From: Aureliella sp.
GTDB lineage: Bacteria; Planctomycetota; Planctomycetia; Pirellulales; Pirellulaceae
DNA length: 64,000 nucleotides
Assembly (NCBI GenBank): GCA_963691875.1
Contig: OY829846.1
Span: forward strand, 960,001 to 1,024,000
Direction of reading: 5' to 3'
Each line of letters begins with the position of its first letter. Position 1 is the stretch's first letter. The notes beneath the pieces are model-generated. The model saw only the letters and a list, made by a program, of their open reading frames with translations. It ran no database searches and was not told where the DNA came from. A program made the position numbers and the translations under genes. Of this stretch, positions 1-10,123 are shown piece by piece.

Positions 1-453
1 GGACTCGCCAGGTCAACATGTGATTCGCAGAATTGGAGCAGTTGGATTCAAGAAAACGAAAAGTTTCGCTGAAAGGTTAAATCGAGACAGGCGAACCCAC
101 GTCACATTTGGCACATCTCGTTGGCCAGCGTATCAGTGCATCACGATCTTGTTGTTGAAATCGATAGAGAGGCGAAATGCCTAAAATCCTCACAGAAAAA
201 AACTCCTCTACTACAGGATCTTACGCAGTCGGAACTGCTGATTCAGATTGACAATTTGACTGATCTAGATAGTCTAGAGGTATCCGCCTATAGAGGGTTT
301 GCGACATACCAGATATTCGCCACGACACTCACAACCCTTCTGATTCGCGCTTCCACCGCGGAACTCTGTGCCTGCCCAACGAGTGAAACCTAGCAATTAC
401 CTCTGGCATATAGTCAAGGACCCTACCGCTCAATCACTTGCTTGAAGTGTCAT

Positions 454-3306
454 ATGTTCAACAGTCATTTTTTCAGGCTGAATTCTTCGTCTTGTATACC
501 AGCCCTTTCGCCACAGGCTGTTTTGCCCCTCCTGCTACTTGTGCTCAATTGCCCGATTGCAGCTTTCGCCCAGGATGACAAAGTAGACCGTCTTCAGCAG
601 CTGATCGATCAGAAACTGGCTGAAAACAAGATGGCGGAAGTAGAGATACTGCGAAAATGGCAAGCTGAACAAAAAGAAAAGGAAGCACAAAAGGCCGCCG
701 TAGCAGAACTGAATACAGAGAAAAAGCCTGGTCAGCCAGAAAGCGAAACGCCTCAATCGGATAAGGACGGTAAGCAACCTGCTACGCCAGATGCAAAGCC
801 GTCGATGGCAGAGATGAAAGCCAAGTGGCTTGAGAGTCAACTTCCCGGTAGTGGCATGAGTCAAACCGAAGAAGAAAAACTCTACTTCGCCTTCGACAAC
901 ATCATGTGGCGTGATGTCATCGAGTGGATCGCTCAGGAAGGCAATCTTGCTCTCCATTACGAAGACTTGCCTACGGGCAGCTTCTCTTATTCTGATCCAA
1001 CCGGCTACGATCACAGCGCAGCAATGGACCGACTCAACTTGTTCCTTTTGCCGCAGGGTTATACGCTGGTTCGCAGCGGAGCTCTTCTATCAGTAATCAA
1101 CCTAGCTGATCCACGCAGCTTGCAAACACTTGACTCGCTAGCCCGGTTGGTCAAAACAGACCAGCTGAAGGATCTTCCGAAGCACGATGTCGTCAAGTGC
1201 ATGTTCCCACTCGGAGAGCTGGAGGTTGAGGACGCTATTGAAGAGCTGTCGGTGCTCAACTTGATGACTAATCCTGCCCCCTTCAACAAGACCAAGCAAC
1301 TGCTAATTATTGATGCAGTCGCAAAGCTTGAGAACGTGCTCACAATCATCGAGTCCTTCCAGCCTGATACGCTGGACAACGGAACCGTGATGAAGAATTT
1401 TACTTTGAAGCACGTTGAGGCGGAAGACATCTTGATGGTAGCTCGCCCACACCTTGGCCTAGCAACCGGAGAGATGATTGGGATCGACGTTAGTATCTCG
1501 GCCGACGGTGAGGGCAAGTTTATCTTCGTCACGGGAGTCGAAGACAAGGTCAAGCTAATTGAAGGCCTTGTAAACGATCTTGATGTTCCAAGAAAATCGA
1601 TCACAGACGCAGACAGCGACGCGGAATTGAAGACCTACTTCGTTCGGAGCGGAAATACGGAACTGATTTACAACGTCTTGCTAACTCTGCTCGCAGGCGA
1701 AGACGCTCGAATATCAATGGATCGCGAGGCAGGGAACATTGTCGCATTTGCCACGCCCATCGTTCAAATGCAGATCAAAGAAACCGTCGAACAGCTTGAA
1801 GCCGTTGAACCTGGTTTTGAGATGATTCCACTCAAGCATGCCGATCCTTACTTTGTGATCAGCTTGCTCGACGAAATGCTCGATCTGCCGAGTGCGCTCG
1901 ATGATCCAGAAGACATAGATCCCGACGCGCCCCGCATCGACGCTGACCCGGGAAACATGAGGCTCTTTGTCCATGGCAAGAAGCACAAAATCGACGAAAT
2001 CAGGACAATCGTTGAAGGCTTGGACGTGCCCACTTCAGCTGAAAATGATCGCATGCGAGTCCTGCCACTTAAAGGCGAAGAGGCTGAGCGTATTTTAGAA
2101 ACCGGCGCGAAGTTCTGGCGAGGCAAAAACCCGATCATTCTGTACCCTGAAACTAAAACCGACCAAGCAACCGAACGGTCACTTCACGGCGAATCTGAAC
2201 CAGAAGCTCAACCGGTACCGCAAATTGGTGGCGGTCGTTTGACCTCCTTGCCTTTCAACGACGATGATTCTCCAACCACCAATAATTCTCCGAGAACAAT
2301 CACTGCGAATCACAATGAGTCCGAAGAGCCGATCCGCGCCCAAATGACTCCACGCGGCCTGCTTCTTGAAAGTAACGATGCCGATGCCGTGACAAAACTT
2401 GAACAGGACCTCCGCATAATCGCTGGTCCATTAGGTGCGACTTCTTCGCCGCCGATCGTCTACTACTTAAAGTATGTGAAGTCCGAAGATGCACTACGGC
2501 TCTTGGCCGAGTTGCTAGATGGCGGTGAAAACGCTCGCGAAGGTGAGGCGGGGACTCTGATCAACGGATTCGTTTCCAGCTCAGACTCATATCTGACTAG
2601 TATTCTCTCATCACGCGACGGCTTAATGACCATGATGGCTGGGTCGATTACCGTTGTCTCGGACTCACGGCTGAACAGACTCATTACGCAAGGTACAGCG
2701 GAGGACATCGCTAGGATAGAGCAATACCTGCGGATCATCGACAAAGATAAAGCCATCATCGACCATGAGACATACGGAACCAGTCACGTGGTGGAACTTC
2801 TTTACACCAATGCAAGCGAAGTAGCCGAAACGGTACGCACGGCTTTCGCAGGACGCATCTCCGGTGGGTCCACCGGCGGAGCCCCTCAGCAGGGCGGTGC
2901 ACCAGGAGCCAGCGTTAAGGATGCCGCTGCCGCGAAGGCAAGAGCTGCAGAAGGCGAACCCCCAAAGAAGGGCAATAACAAGCAACAAAAACCAGCCGCT
3001 CCTGCACGCAACCTCGAGCCCACGATGACGGTCGCTGTGCACGAGTCGAGTAACTCGATCGTTATCACAGCTCCAGAACAACTTGCCAGACAGGCAAAAA
3101 ACCTGATCGAAACAATCGACATGCAAAGTCGCGAAACGGTCGAGGTCTTACCACCAAGTGAGTCCGCAATGTTGCACTACATGCTGGGCGATTCCCCCCG
3201 TACCTCAGGTGGTTCGCGCAGCGGGAACTCGCAGCGTGCCCCGTCCAGGGCCAGTGGTGCCGACCGCCTACAGTCAATGCTGCGGCAAAAGTTTGGTGAC
3301 CAATAG
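454..3306 (+). CDS. Secretin N-terminal (GspD N0 plus NolW-like repeats) protein lacking the secretin core
   Basis: Signal-peptide-like N-terminus (AAFA-Q). GspD-N0-like segment FAFDNIMWRDVIEWIAQEG..GSFSY..LLPQGYTLVRSG. Repeated N-domain motifs (ISADGEGKFIFVTG, IDADPGNMRLFVHG, VVSDSRLNRLITQG, VAVHESSNSIVITAP). Ends in a G/S-rich tail. ATG 454 preferred over TTG 442. Confidence 0.75.
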   Translation: MFNSHFFRLNSSSCIPALSPQAVLPLLLLVLNCPIAAFAQDDKVDRLQQLIDQKLAENKMAEVEILRKWQAEQKEKEAQKAAVAELNTEKKPGQPESETPQSDKDGKQPATPDAKPSMAEMKAKWLESQLPGSGMSQTEEEKLYFAFDNIMWRDVIEWIAQEGNLALHYEDLPTGSFSYSDPTGYDHSAAMDRLNLFLLPQGYTLVRSGALLSVINLADPRSLQTLDSLARLVKTDQLKDLPKHDVVKCMFPLGELEVEDAIEELSVLNLMTNPAPFNKTKQLLIIDAVAKLENVLTIIESFQPDTLDNGTVMKNFTLKHVEAEDILMVARPHLGLATGEMIGIDVSISADGEGKFIFVTGVEDKVKLIEGLVNDLDVPRKSITDADSDAELKTYFVRSGNTELIYNVLLTLLAGEDARISMDREAGNIVAFATPIVQMQIKETVEQLEAVEPGFEMIPLKHADPYFVISLLDEMLDLPSALDDPEDIDPDAPRIDADPGNMRLFVHGKKHKIDEIRTIVEGLDVPTSAENDRMRVLPLKGEEAERILETGAKFWRGKNPIILYPETKTDQATERSLHGESEPEAQPVPQIGGGRLTSLPFNDDDSPTTNNSPRTITANHNESEEPIRAQMTPRGLLLESNDADAVTKLEQDLRIIAGPLGATSSPPIVYYLKYVKSEDALRLLAELLDGGENAREGEAGTLINGFVSSSDSYLTSILSSRDGLMTMMAGSITVVSDSRLNRLITQGTAEDIARIEQYLRIIDKDKAIIDHETYGTSHVVELLYTNASEVAETVRTAFAGRISGGSTGGAPQQGGAPGASVKDAAAAKARAAEGEPPKKGNNKQQKPAAPARNLEPTMTVAVHESSNSIVITAPEQLARQAKNLIETIDMQSRETVEVLPPSESAMLHYMLGDSPRTSGGSRSGNSQRAPSRASGADRLQSMLRQKFGDQ

Positions 3307-3351
3307 AAACACGCGTTTCTTAGCCTTCAGTCGTTCGGGCAACACGGATCG

Positions 3352-5250
3352 ATGAGTTCACACATTATGTTTAGCACCATACAACAACTCTTCGCGGCAA
3401 CCATGCTCTCGCTCGTTGTGCTGGCACCTCAAGCACTTGCTCAAGGCGGCTTGCGTGACTCACTAACGAAACTCGATCGGAATGAAGACGGTGTGATCGA
3501 TCCAGAAGAGATCACACCACTCGCGCGTCCCTACCTTGAGCGAATCGCCAGAGCAAAACGCCTGTCCCTCTACCGCTCGAACGACATTTCTGAATTCCAA
3601 GAAGCCGCTCGGATTTACTATGCATTGCAGAACGGTGTCTCAGGTGAGAGCGTTCGCGCAACGCCCGACACCATACTACGCACCTTTTATCCCGAAGATG
3701 AAATGGAACTAGTTCCAGGCTTCGGACTCGCAGAGGTTAAGTACTCCTATACTCAAGAGGATGTCGAGGAAGCCGAACGTACGATGCGACGTTGCGACGC
3801 AGATGACAACGGCTTCATTGATCGACGCGAAGCAAGACGCAACAAATGGACGCACCGCGACCCATTCGAAGAAGACTATAACGGCGATAACCTCTTGAGC
3901 CTCATGGAGCTTACTCAACGCTACGCCCGTAGACGCATGCTCGAAGACGATGCCGGCGAGTTGGTTCAGCGTGCGCGGCGTGTCGGCAACGGAATCGAAC
4001 CATCGCGAAAGAAGGAACAAGAGCGAGACGATCGCGGAGGTTGGTGGCGGAGCGGTGGTAGTAGCTACTGGCTGACTGCTTCCATGATTGGACGATTCGA
4101 TACAAATCGCAACGGTAGACTAGAGAGCAACGAAGCGAAGGAGCTCGGACTGCCGATCAGTTCCATCGACTTAGACCGAGATGGAGAAGTCACCCGCGAC
4201 GAATTGTTCCAATACACGCAAGGTCTGCAGAATGCAGCTGGCGATCCGGGCGAAGGTCTGCCCGGCTGGTTTTTTGAACTAGACAAGAACCGCGATGATC
4301 AAGTTACGATGCCCGAGTTCTCTGATGAGTGGACCGAACAGAGAATCCAAGAGTTTAGCTTGCTGGACTCGAACGGCGACGGCCTACTGACCGCCAACGA
4401 GATTCGCAACTCCAAGGCGTTGATGGGTGGAACCTTCGCCATGTCCCGTGCCGAACTACTTCCGCCGCGAAAAACAATCGTGTCGGAGCTAGAGGTCCCA
4501 GAGGACATCGACATCGGCGACGTCAACGTCCAGCTTTCCATCACGCACACCAGCACCGGATTCCTCGACGCTTTCCTTGTCGGCCCCGACGAGACTCGCA
4601 TTGAGCTGTTCACCGCAGTTGGAGGCTCGGGCGATCATTTCCAGCGGACGATCATCGATGACGAATCTTCAACGCCGATCACAAAAGGTCGCTCTCCTTT
4701 CGAAGGTTCATTTATGTCCGAGGGCAAAGCTAAGCGGCAGCCCGGCCTCGAGAAGTTCAATGGCAAGAACGCGAAGGGAATCTGGCAACTGGTGATTCAT
4801 GGTACGCGTAGCGAACGATTCGGAATGCTTCACGAATGGAAGCTGGTATTCAGACCAAAGAACGGATTCGTCGGCGACCAGTTTTTCGCGTCCGTCACAG
4901 AAACTGCATCGAATCCTGCCCCTGCTGCTTCTCCCCCGCCGCCTAAACAACCAGAGAAAAGCTATCGCAAAGAATCGTCTTCAAACTGGTCCAGTGAAAA
5001 ACGTAGTGATGCGGGACAGGCCTGGGTGAACTCTGGAAGACCAGAAGAAATCAAACGCCGACAAGAAGCACTGGATCGTTACCGGGCCTGGGCGGAGAAA
5101 CAGAAAGCCGAAGGTAAGGAGATCACCGGGGAAGGCAAGAAACAGTTCTTCGGCGAATTCCCGAAAGGCGACTCGAAGGGAGACAAAAAATCCGAGAAAA
5201 AACGCTACGATAAAGAATCCACCGAGAAGTATAAGAGTTTCAAGAAGTAG
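3352..5250 (+). CDS. Exported multi-EF-hand protein with proprotein convertase P-domain
   Basis: Signal peptide (ALA-Q). Seven EF-hand-like loops (DRNEDGVIDPEE, DADDNGFIDRRE, DYNGDNLLSLME, DTNRNGRLESNE, DLDRDGEVTRDE, DKNRDDQVTMPE, DSNGDGLLTANE). P-domain motifs IGDVNVQLSITH..L..PD.TRIEL..FNGKNAKGIWQL..G.L.EWKL.F. Charged C-tail. Confidence 0.8.
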   Translation: MSSHIMFSTIQQLFAATMLSLVVLAPQALAQGGLRDSLTKLDRNEDGVIDPEEITPLARPYLERIARAKRLSLYRSNDISEFQEAARIYYALQNGVSGESVRATPDTILRTFYPEDEMELVPGFGLAEVKYSYTQEDVEEAERTMRRCDADDNGFIDRREARRNKWTHRDPFEEDYNGDNLLSLMELTQRYARRRMLEDDAGELVQRARRVGNGIEPSRKKEQERDDRGGWWRSGGSSYWLTASMIGRFDTNRNGRLESNEAKELGLPISSIDLDRDGEVTRDELFQYTQGLQNAAGDPGEGLPGWFFELDKNRDDQVTMPEFSDEWTEQRIQEFSLLDSNGDGLLTANEIRNSKALMGGTFAMSRAELLPPRKTIVSELEVPEDIDIGDVNVQLSITHTSTGFLDAFLVGPDETRIELFTAVGGSGDHFQRTIIDDESSTPITKGRSPFEGSFMSEGKAKRQPGLEKFNGKNAKGIWQLVIHGTRSERFGMLHEWKLVFRPKNGFVGDQFFASVTETASNPAPAASPPPPKQPEKSYRKESSSNWSSEKRSDAGQAWVNSGRPEEIKRRQEALDRYRAWAEKQKAEGKEITGEGKKQFFGEFPKGDSKGDKKSEKKRYDKESTEKYKSFKK

Positions 5251-5282
5251 GTTCGCACTCAGTCCCAGCCGAGGTATCAGAC

Positions 5283-6041
5283 ATGGATTCCCACGAGCAG
5301 CTCAATAGACGAAAACTCGGGCAAGCCACCTTCGGCTCGTTGCTAACTTTCTCACTCTTAGAGACGCTCTTTGCCGCTGATGCCTTCGCGGACGGAGTAA
5401 AACCGATCACAGCCGATTGGCTTCTCAAGCTGCATGAGCTGGGTAAGGATGTGCAGGGCGAGACGATTACACCGGTGCAATGGCAAGCGAAAACGGAAGA
5501 GCTGTTCGCTAAAGTCAACTTGCCAGATTTGCTCAAGTTTATCGATTACAAAAAGTTGACCGAGCATGCACAATTCAAGAAGAAGGGCGAGAAGAGTTAC
5601 CGCCCCAAATTCCCGACGGTTGAAGGATTGCCAACCCGCCTGGTGTTTGGACATCAAGTCTTTGCACTTAAGAAAGGAAGATCGGTAGTGCCGCATGGAC
5701 ATAACAATATGGCAACAGCTTTTCTTATTTTAGACGGCGAGTTCGAAGGTAAGCATTACGATCGAGTTGAGTCGCAAGACGACCATTTTATCATTAAACC
5801 CACGATCGATGACAAGTTCACAGTAGGCGGTTGTTCCACGGTGTCCGATCACAAAGACAACATTCACTGGTTCAAAGCAACAAGCGAAACAGGCTTCATC
5901 TTCAACATCCACGTACTCAACATCAACGAGGGGGTGCGATCCGGACGCGTGTACGTGGATCCCGACGGCCAGAAGCTCAAGGATGGGCTCATCCGCGTTA
6001 AGAAACTCGGCTACGCCGAAGCCTACCAAAAGTACGGCTAG
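5283..6041 (+). CDS. Putative Tat-exported cupin-fold protein
   Basis: NRRKL..h-region..AFA twin-arginine-like leader. Cupin motif VVPHGHNNMATAFLILDGE and distal NIHWF. Confidence 0.6.
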   Translation: MDSHEQLNRRKLGQATFGSLLTFSLLETLFAADAFADGVKPITADWLLKLHELGKDVQGETITPVQWQAKTEELFAKVNLPDLLKFIDYKKLTEHAQFKKKGEKSYRPKFPTVEGLPTRLVFGHQVFALKKGRSVVPHGHNNMATAFLILDGEFEGKHYDRVESQDDHFIIKPTIDDKFTVGGCSTVSDHKDNIHWFKATSETGFIFNIHVLNINEGVRSGRVYVDPDGQKLKDGLIRVKKLGYAEAYQKYG

Positions 6042-6895
6042 TGCCCAAACTTTCGCCGTAGCGAACAGGGTTTCATTCCTAGGGTATGCGGTTCGACATA
6101 TGGGACACGAAATCTTCGCCGATCTAGGAGATTGCGGTCCTGAAAACCTGTTTGACAATCTGTCGAACTTGAGCGAACTTCCCGATATAGCCGAGCTCGG
6201 CTAAAACGCGAGCAATCCTCTCCGTCACACAATCTGCAAGTTTCTGGACACAACCGATTACGTTGGTAACCTCAGCGGAATCCGGGCGGATCGATGGTTC
6301 AACCGTCAACCGCTTGACATCGCTTTAAGCCTACCCAATGAACGGTTTTCCGACGGATTGGACGTCGAACGCGACCTCGAATTTGTCCATGCTTGCCTCG
6401 ATAACCTTGCAGATAAACGCAACAGTGGCTGTCTGTCATCCTCCGCTACTCCGCGTGATCGAGAGCAAGTTCGATCGATACTCATTCGCATCCGAACGAA
6501 TGCCCATAGTCCCTAGATTGCAGCCAAAGCGACTCTACGATTCGCAGGTCTTCTGACGAATTGAAGCGATTTCTATATCAGAATGGTAATGGTCATGCGA
6601 AGTCAGGTTTCAAGGCGACCTTTTATCTTGCAAATTACAAGACCACCCCTTCGTCTTCCGCCGGGGATCTCAGACAGTCGCAAATTTGACTAGGAATCGA
6701 TGCCCCAAATGGTCCGCCAAAATTTAGGGTGAGTCAGCCTTGGTTCCTGCCGTTTTTGCTTTCATCCTCGTGTTTATGCAACCATCATGAGTTCAGCAGA
6801 AAAATCTCGGAAGTGGGGCACCCTATCTCAAACGGCGCTCCTTCAGCGGACGGACTTCCGCACGTACCAGTAGAAGCTGGTCCTAGCCCCCATGT

Positions 6896-9118
6896 CTATT
6901 CTCTTAACGGTAGCTCTTTAGAGACAATCCACTGGCGAAGTAATCGGATGCCCTTTTCGTCAAGATGATTGGTGGCAAGAGGCGGCATTTGACCAGGGCC
7001 GCGGTGGGAGACGCGACTGAGTAGTAGGGACAGATCAGGCTTGCCAGCAACGGCGAGTTTGGAACCTTGCAGTTGAGGTACACGGTGCAATGCGTCTTCT
7101 CCCCAAAGACGCATCTTGTCACCTTGGGCAAAGAACGACAGTATCAACTTCGAGTTGCCTCCACCTTCCTTTACGTGGCAAACGGAGCAATTCGAATGCA
7201 AATACGAGCGAGCTCGATCCGAAATTTCGTATCTTTCGTCATGAGGCGGCACAAGAGTTCGGGCCTTGGTGAGTTGCTCTGGATTCCAATCAGCCCCAAA
7301 CAGTCCGAATTCTCCCAATCTTGCAACTTGTGATTGATTGTTTTCTAACAATCCTGGAACATGCAGCTGCTCATTCGAAAGGCCTAACGCAAAGTTGGCG
7401 GCTCTAGAGTGACAGACCATGCATTCGGAGCGACTGGGATAGCGCCAGCGAATATTTTGCTGCTGGCCGATGCCGGTGGCCCACTCCAAGGTCTCGTCCT
7501 TACCAGAGGCTTCAACGAGTTCGGCATCCGTCTGGTCCTCGTTCCAACGATATGAGTAACCAAACCACTCACCATCGAGCTTCACCATCAACCGGGTTTC
7601 AACGCGACGTAAACTAGCCGAATTGTTTAATTTCTCGGTCGCGTTTTCTGGGAAGGCAAAGGATTTCACGAGAACGCTCTGGTCTGGGAAATCGTAGGAG
7701 CCTCGGCTCTTGTAGCCAATCGTCTTGTTGCTTGGAACTGCCATCCAGCGGCGTTTTATGGCACCGTCGGACCAAAGCGGAGAATTGACCCTGTAGGCAA
7801 TAAGCCCATCTGCCGCGGTCTCGTTCTTCAGATCACTGAAAAGCCCTGTCTCACTCAGCATTCGTGGAAAAGGAAGCCTCACCTGGGACGATTCGTTTCG
7901 CTCGAGCCGATAAAGTCCGCCCACATGATCGGCGATCAGTATTTCACCAGCGGAGTCAACTTCAAAGTCGGTGATTTGAATGCTGGATCTGGCGATCTTC
8001 TTCTGCCACAGTAACTTCTCACCATCATGCCGAATGGCCCAGATATTTCCGGTTGCAAAGTCACCGTAGATGTAAGCTCCGCCGAGCTCTGGGAATTGCG
8101 AGCCGCGATACACCGGGCCGCCAGTCAGTGAACGCGCTTCGCTGTGGTGATGTTCGAAAGTCGCTGTTGAGATCGAAACCGGGCCCGAATCTTGCTCAGG
8201 ATGGAAGGGGTGATTCGATTCTTTAATGCTCCAGCCATAGTTGGCACCCTTTTGCACCAAGTAGACCGATTCCCAGAGATCCTGGCCGTTGTTACCCGCC
8301 CATAACTGTCCAGATGTGGCGTCATAAGCAATTCTCCAGGGATTGCGAAGTCCATAGCTCCAGATCTCGGGCCTTGCTCCAACCATCTCTACAAAAGGGT
8401 TATCCTTCGGAACCGAATATTCGCTGTCTTCCTCAGAGCGATCGACGTCGATTCGCAGCATAGCGGCGTTCAGCGTTCCGAGATCCTGTCCTGCACGATT
8501 TCCATCCGAGTCCGACGTTCCGTCTCCAGTTGAGATGTAAAGCAAGCCATTCTTGCCGAATACAAGATCTCCTCCGTTGTGACCATTTGACTTCCATTCA
8601 ATGATGACTTGGGCTGAAGCAGGATCGCAAACAAAAGGACTTTCGTTCGAAACGGTGAATCGCAGCACTCTGGTCGCAATGGCCCCTAGCTCTTCTGACT
8701 TACCGTTGCAGCCAACGTAGACAAATCGGTTTTGCTCAAAGTTTGGATGAAACGCAAAGCCATAGATGATCTCCGGGCGTTCTAAGAAAAGAGTCTCGTT
8801 GAGCGATTCAGCGTCCTCTGAGAACTGGTGGACGCGACTCGGTCCTGCATAGCCACGCTCGTGGTCTGCAGCCAAGAGTTGCTTGGTGCCCGGAATGCGT
8901 CCAAGTGTAATCAGCTTGGGGAGCTCGATCTTGGGAAAGGCTCGGACTGCGCGAAAGGGAGCCGGCGGGTCCGGAAAGCCCAAGAGCGTCGTGTTCTCCC
9001 ACTCGGGGCGTTCTGCACTAGCGGTCTTCAAATTGGCTTGGCCAGGCGAGTTCGTTGCAAAGCCAATCAGCACGCAGAAGCAGAATTGAAGCGTCAAAAG
9101 AAATCTGAGCCAGGGCAC
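6896..9118 (-). CDS. Glucose/sorbosone (PQQ-type) dehydrogenase fused to diheme cytochrome c
   Basis: GSDH motifs GFAFHPNF, GHNGGDLVFG, YISTGDG, EIWSYGLRNPWR, GANYGW, YIYGDF. Two CxxCH (CMVCH, CSVCH) and C-terminal QMPP axial Met. Confidence 0.85.
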   Translation of the reverse strand: MPWLRFLLTLQFCFCVLIGFATNSPGQANLKTASAERPEWENTTLLGFPDPPAPFRAVRAFPKIELPKLITLGRIPGTKQLLAADHERGYAGPSRVHQFSEDAESLNETLFLERPEIIYGFAFHPNFEQNRFVYVGCNGKSEELGAIATRVLRFTVSNESPFVCDPASAQVIIEWKSNGHNGGDLVFGKNGLLYISTGDGTSDSDGNRAGQDLGTLNAAMLRIDVDRSEEDSEYSVPKDNPFVEMVGARPEIWSYGLRNPWRIAYDATSGQLWAGNNGQDLWESVYLVQKGANYGWSIKESNHPFHPEQDSGPVSISTATFEHHHSEARSLTGGPVYRGSQFPELGGAYIYGDFATGNIWAIRHDGEKLLWQKKIARSSIQITDFEVDSAGEILIADHVGGLYRLERNESSQVRLPFPRMLSETGLFSDLKNETAADGLIAYRVNSPLWSDGAIKRRWMAVPSNKTIGYKSRGSYDFPDQSVLVKSFAFPENATEKLNNSASLRRVETRLMVKLDGEWFGYSYRWNEDQTDAELVEASGKDETLEWATGIGQQQNIRWRYPSRSECMVCHSRAANFALGLSNEQLHVPGLLENNQSQVARLGEFGLFGADWNPEQLTKARTLVPPHDERYEISDRARSYLHSNCSVCHVKEGGGNSKLILSFFAQGDKMRLWGEDALHRVPQLQGSKLAVAGKPDLSLLLSRVSHRGPGQMPPLATNHLDEKGIRLLRQWIVSKELPLRE

Positions 9119-10062
9119 TACAACAGAACTCCATTGGTTGGCTCGAGCGGCTTGGGCAAGTTTTCTCGGTCGTCGATCATCTCAAGTAAGTTGATCTCGA
9201 TGGTGCGGGAGATTCCATCCAGTGGCAAGTCGTTGTCATCGAGTTCGAATGGCTGCTCGACTTCATCGCCAATTGCGTCCAGACCAAACAAGGCGTAGGA
9301 AATAAGGCAAACAACAAGAGGTGTCGCCCATCCGGTGGAGGCAATCAATCCGAAGGGCATCGCGAGGCAGTAGATCGCCACGATCCGGTGGATAAGAACG
9401 TTGTAGGTGAAGGGGAGTGGTGTGCTCTTGATGCGTTCACAGCCGCCTTGGACGCCGAGCATTTCGGTGAGACTTTCCTCTAGCACTGGCAAGTGATACT
9501 TGTCAAGGAAACCGGCGTACCACGCTTCGCGGAGTTTCAAGCCGACCCGTTGGATGATCGCATTGGGACGATTCCAGTGGCCCAAGGCAAAGTCGCGTTC
9601 TTCTTTACATAGATACTGCGTAAGCTCAGCGGATGGATCTGTGTCGCGAAGGTGGTGCCGAAATGAATGAACGTAAGCAATTTGCGTTCGCACTAGGTCT
9701 CGTTGCAGTTCCTCGACCTGCTTGGCCTCAGATTCTGACTTGGGATTGATCAAGTAAAGCACTTGACGCGAGTAACTTCTCGAGACGTTGACCATCCGCC
9801 CCCATAACTTGCGTCCTTCCCAGAATCGTTCATATGACTCGTTGTTACGAAATCCGAGAAAGATAGCCATCGCGAATCCCACCAATCCAAATGGCGTCGT
9901 GCCATCGAGGTGAAATTCAAACTCATAGTAAAGGTCTATGTAAGTCAAGATTGCGGCCGAAGCCGTCACGACTGCAATTCGAGGCCAAATAGTGTGGATC
10001 ACGCTGCCACGAAACGCGAACACCATGCGAAGCCAACTACGTTTCTTGCTGAGAACAATCAC
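9118..10062 (-). CDS. Bestrophin-family (YneE/VCCN-like) anion channel
   Basis: IFLGFRNNESYERFWEGRKLWG, GGCERIKSTPLPFTY, EVEQPF..DDNDLPLD. Stop overlaps the next start by 1 nt. Confidence 0.9.
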   Translation of the reverse strand: MIVLSKKRSWLRMVFAFRGSVIHTIWPRIAVVTASAAILTYIDLYYEFEFHLDGTTPFGLVGFAMAIFLGFRNNESYERFWEGRKLWGRMVNVSRSYSRQVLYLINPKSESEAKQVEELQRDLVRTQIAYVHSFRHHLRDTDPSAELTQYLCKEERDFALGHWNRPNAIIQRVGLKLREAWYAGFLDKYHLPVLEESLTEMLGVQGGCERIKSTPLPFTYNVLIHRIVAIYCLAMPFGLIASTGWATPLVVCLISYALFGLDAIGDEVEQPFELDDNDLPLDGISRTIEINLLEMIDDRENLPKPLEPTNGVLL

Positions 10063-10123
10063 CTGAGGCTGTAATCCTGATCACGGGTTAATAAGAGAAT
10101 TGGGATACAAAACTACTATTGAA

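Noticed and set aside
121..393. 90-aa ORF upstream of the secretin-like gene
   Set aside because: TTG start, no RBS or motif. More likely promoter region.
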